Assembly: GCA_963799475.1 (NCBI GenBank)
Contig: CAWCXD010000006.1
Span: forward strand, 17,096-81,095
Reading direction: 5' to 3'
DNA length: 64,000 bases
Source of the DNA: an uncultured Alphaproteobacteria bacterium
GTDB taxonomy: Bacteria; Pseudomonadota; Alphaproteobacteria; Rhizobiales; Xanthobacteraceae
Shown here: positions 41,314 to 51,600 of the stretch, one piece after another
Layout: each line of letters starts with the position of its first letter
Position numbering within the stretch: position 1 is the stretch's first letter
Program-made: the position numbers and the translations under genes
The notes under the pieces: generated by a model
What the model saw: the letters and a program-made list of their open reading frames with translations, nothing else
Told to the model about the DNA's origin: nothing
Databases searched by the model: none

Positions 41314-41657
41314 TCCCGGTCTCGGCAGGCGCGCGGGTCTGGATCGCCACCGGTCATACCGACATGCGCAAAGGCATGCAGGGCCTGGCGCTGCTGGTGC
41401 AGGAGGGCCTCGGGCGAGATCCCTTTGCTGGCGACGTCTTTGTGTTCCGTGGTCGCGCCGGCACGCTGATCAAGGCGCTTTGGCACGACGGGATCGGACT
41501 GTCGCTCTACGCCAAGCGGCTGGACCGTGGCCGCTTCATCTGGCCGGCGACGGTGGACGGCGTGGTGTCGCTGACCGCAGCCCAGATGGGCTATTTGCTG
41601 GAGGCGATCGACTGGCGCAACCCTCAACACAGCTGGCGGCCGCAGAGCGCCGGATAG
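41310..41657 (+). CDS. tnpB: IS66 accessory protein TnpB
   Basis: 'TDMRKGMQGL', 'KRLDRGRFIWP'. Confidence 0.93.
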   Translation: MIPVSAGARVWIATGHTDMRKGMQGLALLVQEGLGRDPFAGDVFVFRGRAGTLIKALWHDGIGLSLYAKRLDRGRFIWPATVDGVVSLTAAQMGYLLEAIDWRNPQHSWRPQSAG

Positions 41658-41727
41658 GTTGCACAAAAATCCCGTGAGATTGCAAAAAACCCGCGCCAAA
41701 TCGCGGCTTTTGTGATTCCATCAGGGC

Positions 41728-43365
41728 ATGGGTGACGGTCCCGAGAAGCTGCCGGAAGATATTGAGGCGCTGCATGCGGCGTTGCTTGCGACGCGCGCCG
41801 AACTCGCCGTCGTTCGCGCCCAACAGTCCGACGACCAAGCGCTGATCGCTCACCTGAAGCTGCAGATCGAAAAGCTGAACCGTGATCGTTATGGCCCTCG
41901 CTCGGAGCGTACCGCCCGGCTGCTGGATCAACTCGAACTGACGCTCGAGGAGCTCGAGACCTCAGCGACCGAGGACGAACTCGCCGCCGAAATCGCCGCC
42001 GCCAGGACCAGCAATGCGACCACCGTAGCGTCGTTTACCCGCCAGCGGCCATCCCGCAAACCATTCCCGGATTATCTGCCCCGCGAACGCGTGATCGTAC
42101 CCGGGCCGACGTCGTGCGCTTGCTGCGGCGGTGCGCGGTTGTCCAAGCTCGGCGAGGACATCACCGAGACGCTGGAGGTGATCCCGAAATCCTGGAAGGT
42201 GATCCAGCACGTCCGGGAGAAGTTCAGCTGCCGTGACTGCGAGAAGATCAGCCAGGCGCCGGCGCCGTTCCACGTCATCGCTCGCGGTTGGGCCGGTCCG
42301 AGTCTTTTGGCGATGGTGCTGTTCGAGAAGTTCGGCCAGCACCAGCCCCTGAACCGGCAAGCTGAACGCTATGCCAAGGAAGGCGTGCCGATCAGCCTGT
42401 CGACCCTGGCCGACCAGGTCGGCGGCTGTACGGTAGCGCTGACGCCGTTGTTCCGGCGCCTCGAGGCCCATGTGCTGAGCGCCGAGCGACTGCACGGCGA
42501 CGACACCACGGTGCCGGTTCTGGCCACGGGCAAGACCAGCACCGGCCGGATCTGGGTCTATGTCCGCGACGACAAGCCGTTCGGCGGGCCAGAGCCGCCG
42601 GGAGCGGTGTTTTATTACTCACGCGATCGTGCCGGCGAACATCCTCAGGCGCATCTGGCCAGCTACAGTGGACTCTTCCAGGCCGATGCCTATGGCGGCT
42701 ATGGCAGGCTTTACGACCCGGGCCGCAACGCAGGTCCAATCCTGGAAGCCGCGTGCTGGGTCCATGCCCGACGGCCGTTCTTCGTGATGGCTGATCTGGC
42801 AGAGAATGCGCGTCGCAAGGTGCAGGGCAAAAAGCCCGCAGTGATCTCGCCCCTGGCGCTGGAAGCAGTCCGCCGGATCGATGCCTTGTTTGAGATCGAG
42901 CGAGGCATCAACGGCCAGAGCCCCGAACGGCGCCGGGCCGTCCGCCAGGAGCTGAGCGCGCCGCTGGTCGCCGATTTGGAAACCTGGATGCGTGAGCAAC
43001 GCGCCAAGCTCTCACGTCGCAACGACGTCGCCAAGGCGATGGACTACATGCTCAAGCGCTGGAGCGCGTTCACCCGCTTCCTCGACGACGGCCGCATCTG
43101 CCTGTCGAATAATGCCGCCGAACGAGCCGTACGCGGCATCGCTCTGGGCCGGAAGTCGTGGCTGTTCTGTGGCTCCGATCGCGGCGGCGACCGTGCCGCG
43201 GTGATGTACAGCCTCATCGTCACGGCCAAAATGAACGACGTGGATCCACAAGCCTGGCTCGCCGACGTCCTGGCGCGCATCGCTGCGCATCCAGTCCAAA
43301 GGCTCGACGAACTGCTTCCGTGGAATTGGCGCCACCGAAACACGCAAGTCGATCAGGCAGCCTGA
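41728..43365 (+). CDS. tnpC: IS66 DDE transposase TnpC
   Basis: Zn finger, 'LHGDDT', 'QADAYGGY', 'CWVHARR', 'NNAAERAVR', 'ELLPWNW'. Confidence 0.95.
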   Translation: MGDGPEKLPEDIEALHAALLATRAELAVVRAQQSDDQALIAHLKLQIEKLNRDRYGPRSERTARLLDQLELTLEELETSATEDELAAEIAAARTSNATTVASFTRQRPSRKPFPDYLPRERVIVPGPTSCACCGGARLSKLGEDITETLEVIPKSWKVIQHVREKFSCRDCEKISQAPAPFHVIARGWAGPSLLAMVLFEKFGQHQPLNRQAERYAKEGVPISLSTLADQVGGCTVALTPLFRRLEAHVLSAERLHGDDTTVPVLATGKTSTGRIWVYVRDDKPFGGPEPPGAVFYYSRDRAGEHPQAHLASYSGLFQADAYGGYGRLYDPGRNAGPILEAACWVHARRPFFVMADLAENARRKVQGKKPAVISPLALEAVRRIDALFEIERGINGQSPERRRAVRQELSAPLVADLETWMREQRAKLSRRNDVAKAMDYMLKRWSAFTRFLDDGRICLSNNAAERAVRGIALGRKSWLFCGSDRGGDRAAVMYSLIVTAKMNDVDPQAWLADVLARIAAHPVQRLDELLPWNWRHRNTQVDQAA

Positions 43366-43380
43366 GTGACCGCTACGCGG

Positions 43381-44497
43381 GGTCGGTGATCAGCTTCCAA
43401 TCGATCTTCTTTCTGTTTTTCGGCGTCCCGCGCTCCTCTGCATGGATCACCGTCAGGGTCAGTGCGGGATAGCGTTTCTGCTTTCCGATCGGCGGCAGGA
43501 CCCGAATCTTGCGGTACCTGATCTCAAGAACGGCTTCGTCGGGATCGCCGTTACTGTCTCTGACCTCGATGCGATGGAGCCCTTTGACGGCAACCTCGTC
43601 CATTTCGTCGGCGATCGTGTGATCCCCATCTCCAGCCAAGCGATCGACGCAGGTCCTGATTAGGAAATGGGTTCCGGTCTCCTGTGCTGCGCAGAAAAGC
43701 TCGTAGATGTCACTCTCGCGATCACCGATATGAATGCATCGGCCCGGATGATCCAAGAGTTGCGTAGACTGCTTCAGATTTTCCAACCACCGGACGCTTT
43801 CCTTTTTCTCGATGGGGATCCGGGTTGGATTGATCTTCTTTTTAAGCGCGGCGGTCCCCTTGAATTTCTTCCGGGTCCAGAACTTAACGGCCGCCAACCC
43901 AAGCGGCACACCCTCGATTGTAACTGCGAGGCTCGAGTGCATCAGGATGCCGCAAACCGTGTGCGATCTCAGGCGACCCGCCTTGTCCCGTCCACTGTTG
44001 ATGCTCTTGGTGATGCCGATCGCTTCTGACTTCTCGCGTTGATAGCTAAACTCGGTTGTATCGTGCAGCACAAGAACAAGACCTTCAGTGGCCGCAACAC
44101 GATCTCGTGTCGATTGGAAATGGCCGGCCAGAATGTCCGCCTCGCTGACCCGGTCATTGGAGAAGAAGCGGTAGGCCGCCTTGGTATTTGCCCAATCCTG
44201 GCAGACGAGCGGAATGCTTTGTCCCATTGCGCTTCCAATCTGCGTCAGCAGTTTGCGGAATCTGCCGCCGAGCCGCGCGTCCCTAAACTCGCATCCACTA
44301 ATCTCTCGATCAATCCAGCATTCACCTGCCAAGGATCGCAAACCGCCCTTTGCCGCTCGATCCCTCAACATGCGCCCCATGGAGCACCCCCCTCGCGAAT
44401 CAGGTGCTCAGCAAGGAATCACAAGTGATTCTTTCGACTCAAGATTTCGCCGATCAGCGGATCAGCCCGAGTGGGCCAAGTTGTGGGTAATTGAAAG
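43381..44497 (-). mobile_element. Truncated IS4-family (IS50/Tn5-like) element; transposase ORF 44380-43373 lacks its C-terminus
   Basis: 'DWANTKAAYRFFSN', 'LHDTTE', 'GDRESDIYE'; stops right after 'WKLITD'; one end CTTTCAATTACCCAC at 44497. Confidence 0.85.
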
Positions 44498-44721
44498 CTT
44501 CACCGAATGCTTACGTTACTTCTCGAAGAGTGGCAGTTGATTTGCCGCAGACAATTCCGCACCAGCCCTGGTGAAGTTCACGGAGGTCTCGGACTCGTGC
44601 ACTGGATACCCCGGCCTCGCGCCGGGTCGCTCGCCAATTCGACTAAACGCTATATCGCCTTAATCATGCGTGTGATCGCCGATGGTCTGATGACCCGGCT
44701 GTTCCGGGAACTCGCCGCCAG

Positions 44722-45105
44722 TCAGACATCTGGTCCTCCCGACACTTGGCCGGCGCCCATTGTTGGGCTTTTTTCGTTTAGGGCAGCGTCGATCATCAAG
44801 CGGTAATCGCGGACCATGAACGCGGCTTGCTTGACTGCCTCACCCACCAGCAATCCGCTATGCGCACCGCCGCCCAACCTCAGGCATACCGCTGCGCCAT
44901 GCTGCTTGTCCTCGTGACTGAATTGTTCGTTGACGTCACACGGGAAGGCCGCAGCGGTCATTTCCACTGTCGGCTGCCGCATCGCTTCGATGGCGGCGCG
45001 GGCGCACTTCACGTAGCATTCGTGCGGTCGCACATCGAATTCGCCGGCCAGGCCTTCACAAGCTTCCTGCACGGCCTTCGCCACGCGCTCAATCATCTCG
45101 CTCAT
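44722..45105 (-). CDS. Phage-like hypothetical protein
   Basis: 'MSEMIERVAKA', 'ARAAIEAMRQPT', 'MIDAAL'; GAGG RBS. Confidence 0.6.
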   Translation of the reverse strand: MSEMIERVAKAVQEACEGLAGEFDVRPHECYVKCARAAIEAMRQPTVEMTAAAFPCDVNEQFSHEDKQHGAAVCLRLGGGAHSGLLVGEAVKQAAFMVRDYRLMIDAALNEKSPTMGAGQVSGGPDV

Positions 45106-45180
45106 TGCTGCCTCTCCTCGAGATCATCCGAACAGATTGTAGCAGGTCCGCCGCGTCAAAAATGATCCAGAGCAGCCACA

Positions 45181-45459
45181 TCAAAAACCCGATGCAACCG
45201 TCGGAGGTTGATACACGTAAAGGTTGTTCATGTTATCATTGAAAATGATTCGGGCGCCGGTTGCGTCCCAGGCGATCCGCCAAGATCCATTCTTGGCGGT
45301 TGCTAGGCCGGTAACGACCCCCCGGCCTGGATCGTCCCAACTAAATGGCCGCGTCACCAATGGCGCGGCCTTTTTCGTTTTCTGGTCCAGACGGCTATGA
45401 CCCACAGGCACGCGAACCGTTCCTAACATGGCGGTTCTGGGATCATTTTGCCGGGACAT
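45181..45459 (-). CDS. Hypothetical protein
   Basis: 92-aa ORF with plausible composition only. Confidence 0.35.
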   Translation of the reverse strand: MSRQNDPRTAMLGTVRVPVGHSRLDQKTKKAAPLVTRPFSWDDPGRGVVTGLATAKNGSWRIAWDATGARIIFNDNMNNLYVYQPPTVASGF

Positions 45460-45690
45460 AATGGAGCAGATTGCTCACGATTAGGCCTCGGTGCGGTCGA
45501 CCGCCGCCAGGAGCGGCTATTTTGTTACTGTGGCGGGGAGCGTTAATGGTTTGATTCTATCTTTGGTTGCTAAATCAAGCGACGTTCTTTCCCAACTGCA
45601 AGCCGCCAGAGCAGCGCCGCAAGATCCAGTCGCGATCGACGTTCGCCAACGGCCGAAATATCCCTTCACGCCCGTTCGAGAGGAAAGCCA

Positions 45691-45927
45691 ATGAACTCTG
45701 AACAACACCTCCCCATGAACGGCCGCTTCCGCCTCGCTCTGTACGCTTTCGGTTTTTTGTCGGCGCTAGTTGGCTCATTCCTGGCTGACGACTGGCCAAC
45801 CGCAATGCGCGGCTTCGGAATGAGCCTGATGCTCAGCGCGGCAGTGCTCACACTCTACGTGCAGTTCGTAGTCCTACACCATAGGCTCAATCAGCTTTGG
45901 CGTGCTGTGATGGAGCGGGCGATATGA
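45691..45927 (+). CDS. Small two-TM hypothetical protein
   Basis: GAGGA RBS; two hydrophobic helices. Confidence 0.45.
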   Translation: MNSEQHLPMNGRFRLALYAFGFLSALVGSFLADDWPTAMRGFGMSLMLSAAVLTLYVQFVVLHHRLNQLWRAVMERAI

Positions 45928-46378
45928 GCGCGTCCAAGGACCCAGCGCGAGGAATTGCGGCGCTCATTCGCTACGTCGAGCGGTACGCTCACGCAAACGC
46001 GTCTTTGACACGCTTCATCGCCGGGTGCTTCGGGTTCTTCAGGTTGACCCAATCTGACGACTGGCCCGCACGATCACAGTCGGGCGACTGAGTTTGTTTG
46101 CCGTTAGCCTACGAGCCGGGCGCTTTTTCCTGCCGATCCGCCGTGGTCGCAAAGTCAGAAGCTGCGCTTTTTTCAGCTGCTCCCGCAGGTCGATTACCTC
46201 AGCCAAGATCGCAGCTTATTGCTCTGATGGCCGTAAGCCGCTGCGAGTGCGTAATCATAGATCCCCCAATCCATACCCTTAGCGCTATGGGTGGGTCATA
46301 CGAAGACGATTGAGGTTCACGCGCCATCGGCGCTTTCGCTGCAGCGTTCGCGACCCGTTCCTTATACTTTGGCCTCGT

Positions 46379-46640
46379 TCATTTCTTCCGTGGTGGCGCG
46401 CCGTTTTGATTCCACTCCTCCGGCCGTCTCATTGCAGGGTGCTTCGGGTTCTTGATCTTTACCCAGTTCGGCGACGTGCCGGGCCGATAGGCTCGCTCTC
46501 GGTGCTTTGAAACAATCCCCTCAAGCCCGAATTCACACGCCTTACGGAATAGGTCTGGGCCGATCTCGCCTTGCTCGAACGGAGCGGTGAAGATGCCATC
46601 CGGTCGCCGCGCCAGCAGCCGGGCGAGGTTGCGATCATTA
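46379..46640 (-). pseudogene. ATP-dependent DNA ligase (LigD-like) C-terminal fragment
   Basis: 'ACEFGLEGIVSK...YRPG...WVKIKNP'; N-terminal catalytic part absent. Confidence 0.75.
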
Positions 46641-47049
46641 CAGTCGCGAAGTCTGCTGTTGGGCACTTTTCGGACGTGCCCCGCCAAGCTGACGATGTCC
46701 GTTGACAGGGGCAAAGCGGAAGACCTCCCGCTTAACCGCCAACCGCCTACCTAACAAGCGCAACGGTTGTGGTTATTTCGTCGCGGTGTGTTCGATTATG
46801 ACGCGGCCAAGGCTATCGTGCGGTTCGCTGTGGCGGTGCCCATGCGGGCGTACCAAAAATTCGACCGCACTTCAGCACCACGCTTGCCGCGAGCAGTGCG
46901 ACATGATCAGGCCAGCGATCGGCGCGCTGATCTCTATGTGATGGCTACAGCGATGGTCGCGGCAATAGACCAGGACATCGCGAACGCCGGAGGCGTGCAC
47001 TCCAGACGCTCGGTGAGCACGGTCGGGCGCTTCTCGATATCATCAACGT

Positions 47050-47710
47050 TTGTTCCGACGTTCACCACCTCGATGAGGCGGCCAAATTGCTCTGGAAGGG
47101 CAACTGCGAAGGGCGGATCAGCGACAGCGAGGCGACGTATCTTTTCGACGAGGTCCAGCGCAGGCGCCCCCTGGGCCGCCGTACTGCCCCAGGCAGCCAT
47201 GCCAACCAAGTACTTGGCCGATTCGCTCCCCGTCAGCGCCAGCGATCGCCCGACCGGAAGGCCTCGCGCGACCGCCGGCGCACGCTCGGCGGTTCCAGCG
47301 CGCTGGCGGACAATCTGAGGTGCTACTACACTGAGGGCCAGAGAGCTGTCCTGTGCGTCGTGGCGCTTGAGGTAAAGCGTCATGGTGTGTGCAACTGGCC
47401 TATCGACAGGATTGCGGCCATCGCTGGTGTCGGCCGAACCACAGTCCAGACCACCAGCACGAGGCGCGCAGGCTCGGTCACATAACGATCACCGAGCGTC
47501 CAAGGCGCGGCTGCAAAAGCCTAACGAACATCGTCAGGGTTAGCTCCCAGGAATGGCGGACGTGGTTGACGCGCGCGCCGAATGCGGCGCGTCTCATAGG
47601 GTCCAATCCGTCGAAAATAGTGAGCACCACGAAGATCATAGATATTAGAAAGAAAGAGTCTGGCAATGAAAAGGGCTCACTCGGTCCTATTCCGTGGATG
47701 GGATTAACCA
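47050..47710 (+). pseudogene. Frameshifted HTH / replication-type protein remnant
   Basis: 'PIDRIAAIAGVGRTTVQT' continues in another frame as 'HEARRLGHITITERPRRGCKSLTNIV'. Confidence 0.55.
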
Positions 47711-48356
47711 GCAAAGGGGCAGGTCGTCGATCTAGGTCCCCCGCGGTTCAAGGTGTCGCGATCGAAATCGGCCGGCCGAATCCGGGCTGGTCGCGAAACA
47801 ACGCGCCGCCACCGGCGGCCGCTGTGACGACGCTCGCCGAAGATCAGCCCGATGCGCCTGAGCTTGCGGCGACGGGAGAAGGGCAATCGTCTTCTCCCGT
47901 AAGTTCCCTCCATCGACCGACGTTGAGCTCAACAAACTTGGCCTGGTAGTGCCGCCCCATGCCCCCGAAAGCCGACTCGCCTTCCATACGCACAGCCGGC
48001 ACCGCTGCCGGCCGCAGAGGCGCGGTCATCCGCAGGTCAACTTGCTGGGGTATGCCGCACCGCGATTGCGCGTAGGTGACGATGAGCGCCCTGGTGGCTT
48101 GGAAGCCGCAATCCGCCAGCTTCACCGGTAAGGTCGATGAAGCGGAGGCGGCTAAGCCTCTCAAGGTGCGCGGTCAGTGTCTCGTCGTGCACATATGGAG
48201 ACGAACTGTAAGCGATCTCAATCCACACGAAGCAATTCTCACGTCTATACGGACCTATACGGAAAACCTGCTCAATACGGCGGGCAGGGTGCCTTCTTTC
48301 AAAGGTTTTGTTCGCGGCGTTTGGTCTATCAAAGTCGCCGGGTAGGGAGGTCTTCG

Positions 48357-48474
48357 ATGAAACTCGTCGCAATTTATCTCAGAGTCAGCACCGCTAAGCA
48401 GGACACCGACAATCAACGCCAAGAATTGGAGGCGGTGGCGGCAAGATCCGGCTGGGACGTTGTCCGTCCGTATC
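48357..48474 (+). pseudogene. 5' fragment of a serine recombinase (resolvase)
   Basis: 'MKLVAIYLRVSTAKQDTDNQRQELEAVA'; diverged copy of 52530-52644. Confidence 0.85.
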
Positions 48475-48668
48475 ATCGCCACGACGCCTACCAGCTCCGG
48501 CTGCACGACGAATACGGAAGCAGAGACATCCGCCCGTCGCCAGTTTGAAATAGCAGCCTTCAAAATCCTTTTCCGGAGTATGTGCGTCACTGCATCTTTT
48601 GCATTGTGAGCGTTCCGCCCACATGCCATGGTAGCGTCAACGGGAATCACCCGTTAAAGGGGTGTCGG

Positions 48669-51600
48669 ATGCCTTCGCTTGCGCCGTTGCCGCCGACCCA
48701 TCTCTCAATCTTCGTAACCGACCCCGAGAACGGCAATCCGGTCCAGCGACTTCCGCTCTATGCCGAGATCGCCGTGCCGCGCATAACGCCGCCGCGTCCA
48801 CCCGCCGACGAGCGAGTGAGGGAGCCGATACGCGCGGCTCTGAACACGGTCGATCCGAGCGCAACCGGGTCGGTTCGCTCTCGGGTCGAGGCGGCGGCAT
48901 TGCAGTCGCTTGGGCAGGCACTCGACGATGATAGCCTAGAGTCGCTGCTGGACTTGGAGAAGACGCGGGCGCTGTTCGGGCAAGTCTTCAAAGAGGTGCT
49001 GCGGGCGGCTGACGCCGAGCGCATGGCCGACATCCCGGTAAGCAAACTGCCTGGGCTGATCCTGGCGGCAATACGCGAGCTGGCGCTGCGTTTCGAGCTG
49101 ACGCTGGTCGATGAGGCAGAGGAGACGGGCACGATCTGGGCCGAGCCGCTCGGCGTGCTCGCCACAGACCATGTCGGCTATGCGTCGTTCGACCTCACGC
49201 GGCTGCGGCCCGAGGTCCAGCTTCTGCTTGCCGAGGAAATCGCAGCGCGGCGGGACGATCCCGACGCGGTGCTGAGGCTCGCGATCTGGATCTACCCATA
49301 TGGCCACAAGGGCCGGCACGATGCGCTGGCCCAGGCGCGCTTCGCCTTCGACGCGATCGTTGCGCGGCTGGAAATGGTGTGGCACACGCTGCCGCCGGCG
49401 TTGATCAACATGGGGCCGCGGGCGCTCCAAAATCCCGGCCTGACCGACTGGCGGCTGTCGCCGGCGTCGTTCGCGGCGAGCCCTAAATCCCTGATCGGAG
49501 AGGACGGCTGCGAGGAGTTGGTCCCTGCCAGCCTAGCGCTGCAGCAGTTCGTGCTGCGCCAGGTGGTGCGGCTGGGCGACGCGCCCGCCGAGTTCAACCT
49601 CCCAGCCGGGGCGGGATACAAGGCCGCCTATGTCGATGACTATAAGGTGTCGTGGTATTCGCTCGGCCATTCGCTCGGCGAGATCCTCTACAGCCTGCCG
49701 CTGGCGCCGGGGGAGACAGTCAAGCTCGCGGTGATCGACTGGTCCTGGGACAGCCTCACCGAGCGCGACGAGACCACCAAGCTGACGGAGGAGTTGCTCC
49801 ACCGGACCCACCGCGACCGGACGATCTCGGAAACCGTGAAGGCCGGCGTTAAGGAGCTGCAGAAGGGCTCCTCGTTCATGGGCGGCGCGGCAGGCGCATC
49901 GGGCGCAAGCGGCGGCGCGAACCTGGGCGTGCTCGGCCTCGGCGCGGCGGTGGGCAACACCTGGAGCCTGGGCGGGTCGACCGCGACCAGCGAGGGCAGC
50001 CGCGACCTCGCCGCGGAGAATGTCCAGCGCGTCAACGACAGCTTCGCCCAGGCCAGCTCGGCACAGCGTGAAATCAATTCGACGGTGGTTATTCAGGCGC
50101 GCCAGGAGGAGAAGGAGAGCATCCAGACCCGTACCTTCTCCAACTACAATCATAGCCACACGCTGACGATACTTTATTACGAGGTGCTGCGACACTACCG
50201 GGTGACGGTGGAATGGGTCCGGCGACGGCCGGCGGTCCTCGTGAAAATGCGCCAGAAGCTGCCCGGCGTGCTTACCGCCAACACTCTCCTTGGCCGCCGA
50301 TACCTGCTGGAACCCTATCTCCTCGATCACAAGCTGGCGTCGGCATTCGACGCCGCCGCTCGCTTCGCTTTGGGCGAGGAGAAGCTCAAGCGGGAGACGA
50401 ACAAGTGGGGCGCGAACACCCAGACGACCGATCCGGGCACGAAATCGTTCGTCAAGTTGATCGCGCAGTTCAACACCACAAGCGACGACACGTCCGAGCC
50501 GGTCTTCGTTGTCCTGCATCTGCACGATGGAAGATCGTTCGAGTTCCAATGCGATGGAGCGGGCGACGAGGGCATCTCGCCCGAATTCGAGAAGCTGCTT
50601 CCGATCCCAATCGCCTGGAACCAGATCAAGGGCGTCGAGGTCAAGCTCAAGGACATCAATAGCGGCGGAGCTTGGGAAGAGACCAATATTGTCGTCACCA
50701 TGCTGACGGCGACGAACGAGAAGGTCGGTATTGTCGCCGACGCGGCGACGCGCACGCTGGACGATGATGGTACGACCGGTCTGCTGGTCGCCGCGCCGCC
50801 GCCGCCAGCGACAACAACCACCGTCGGGCCGAAGCCACAGCGCAACGATTTCATCTCGGCCGAAGATGACCTGGCGCTACAAAGCCTGATCGCCCACATT
50901 GATGCAAATCGCACCTACTATAACAGCGTCCTGGCGCTGGCGACCGATCCGAATGTGATCGGAATCGAGTTCGAGGGCGTCGTTTGGCCACCCACGACCA
51001 TGGACGATCATGTGGAGCCGACGCCGCTTGACGTGTTCGGCAGCTACGTCGCCTATCCGCTGGTGAAGCCTATGGCCGCAATCGACGACGCGGTCGTGGT
51101 CGACATCGCCGCCGCACTCAACGGCACGGATCCGGCACAGCGGCAGCGTGCGGCCGAGCAACTGGCCGCGATGAGCGACGCGGAACGCAACTCCGTGCTG
51201 AGACGGCTGCCGCTCGCTTCGGCCAAGTCCGAACAACTCATCACGCTGCCGACACGCGGCGTCTTCGCGGAAGGCAAGCTCGGCCATTGCAACGTCTCCG
51301 AGGAGATTGACAATACCCGCTTCTGGAAGTGGGAGGAGCATCCGATCCCAATTCAAGCGCCGGAGATCGGCACGGTCACCCCGGTGACGCCCTCGCCGCA
51401 GGATGTGAGCGCCGCGCCGACGGCGTTCCCGCAATCGCTCGTCAACATCGTGAATCCGTCGCCGGCCCCCGATCCCGGCGGCCTCGGCGCTGCGCTCGGG
51501 GTGCTTGCGACCGCCAACATCTTCCGGGACATGTCCGGTCGCGAACAGGTCGCCGATCTCCTCAAGACGCTATCCGACAATTCGGTGAAGATCGCCGAGG

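Larger units (their letters stand above)
40860..44514 (+). mobile_element. IS66-family element with 8-bp target duplication GTTACTTC and a nested IS4 fragment
   Basis: GTTACTTC at 40852-40859 and 44515-44522; right end ...TTCACCGAATGCTTAC; degenerate left end GTCTCCCTCCGGTGAGG; tnpABC inside. Confidence 0.9.

Noticed and set aside
44685-44715. CTGATGA plus stem as a hammerhead ribozyme (also at 53636)
   Set aside because: The GAAA core and stem II/III pairing do not fit at either site
46850-46995. Minus-strand remnant 'SGVRDVLVYCRDHRCSH'
   Set aside because: Looks like a decayed small island gene, but boundaries and function cannot be supported
44722-48350. Intact prophage or ICE
   Set aside because: No integrase, capsid, terminase or conjugation genes; only remnants
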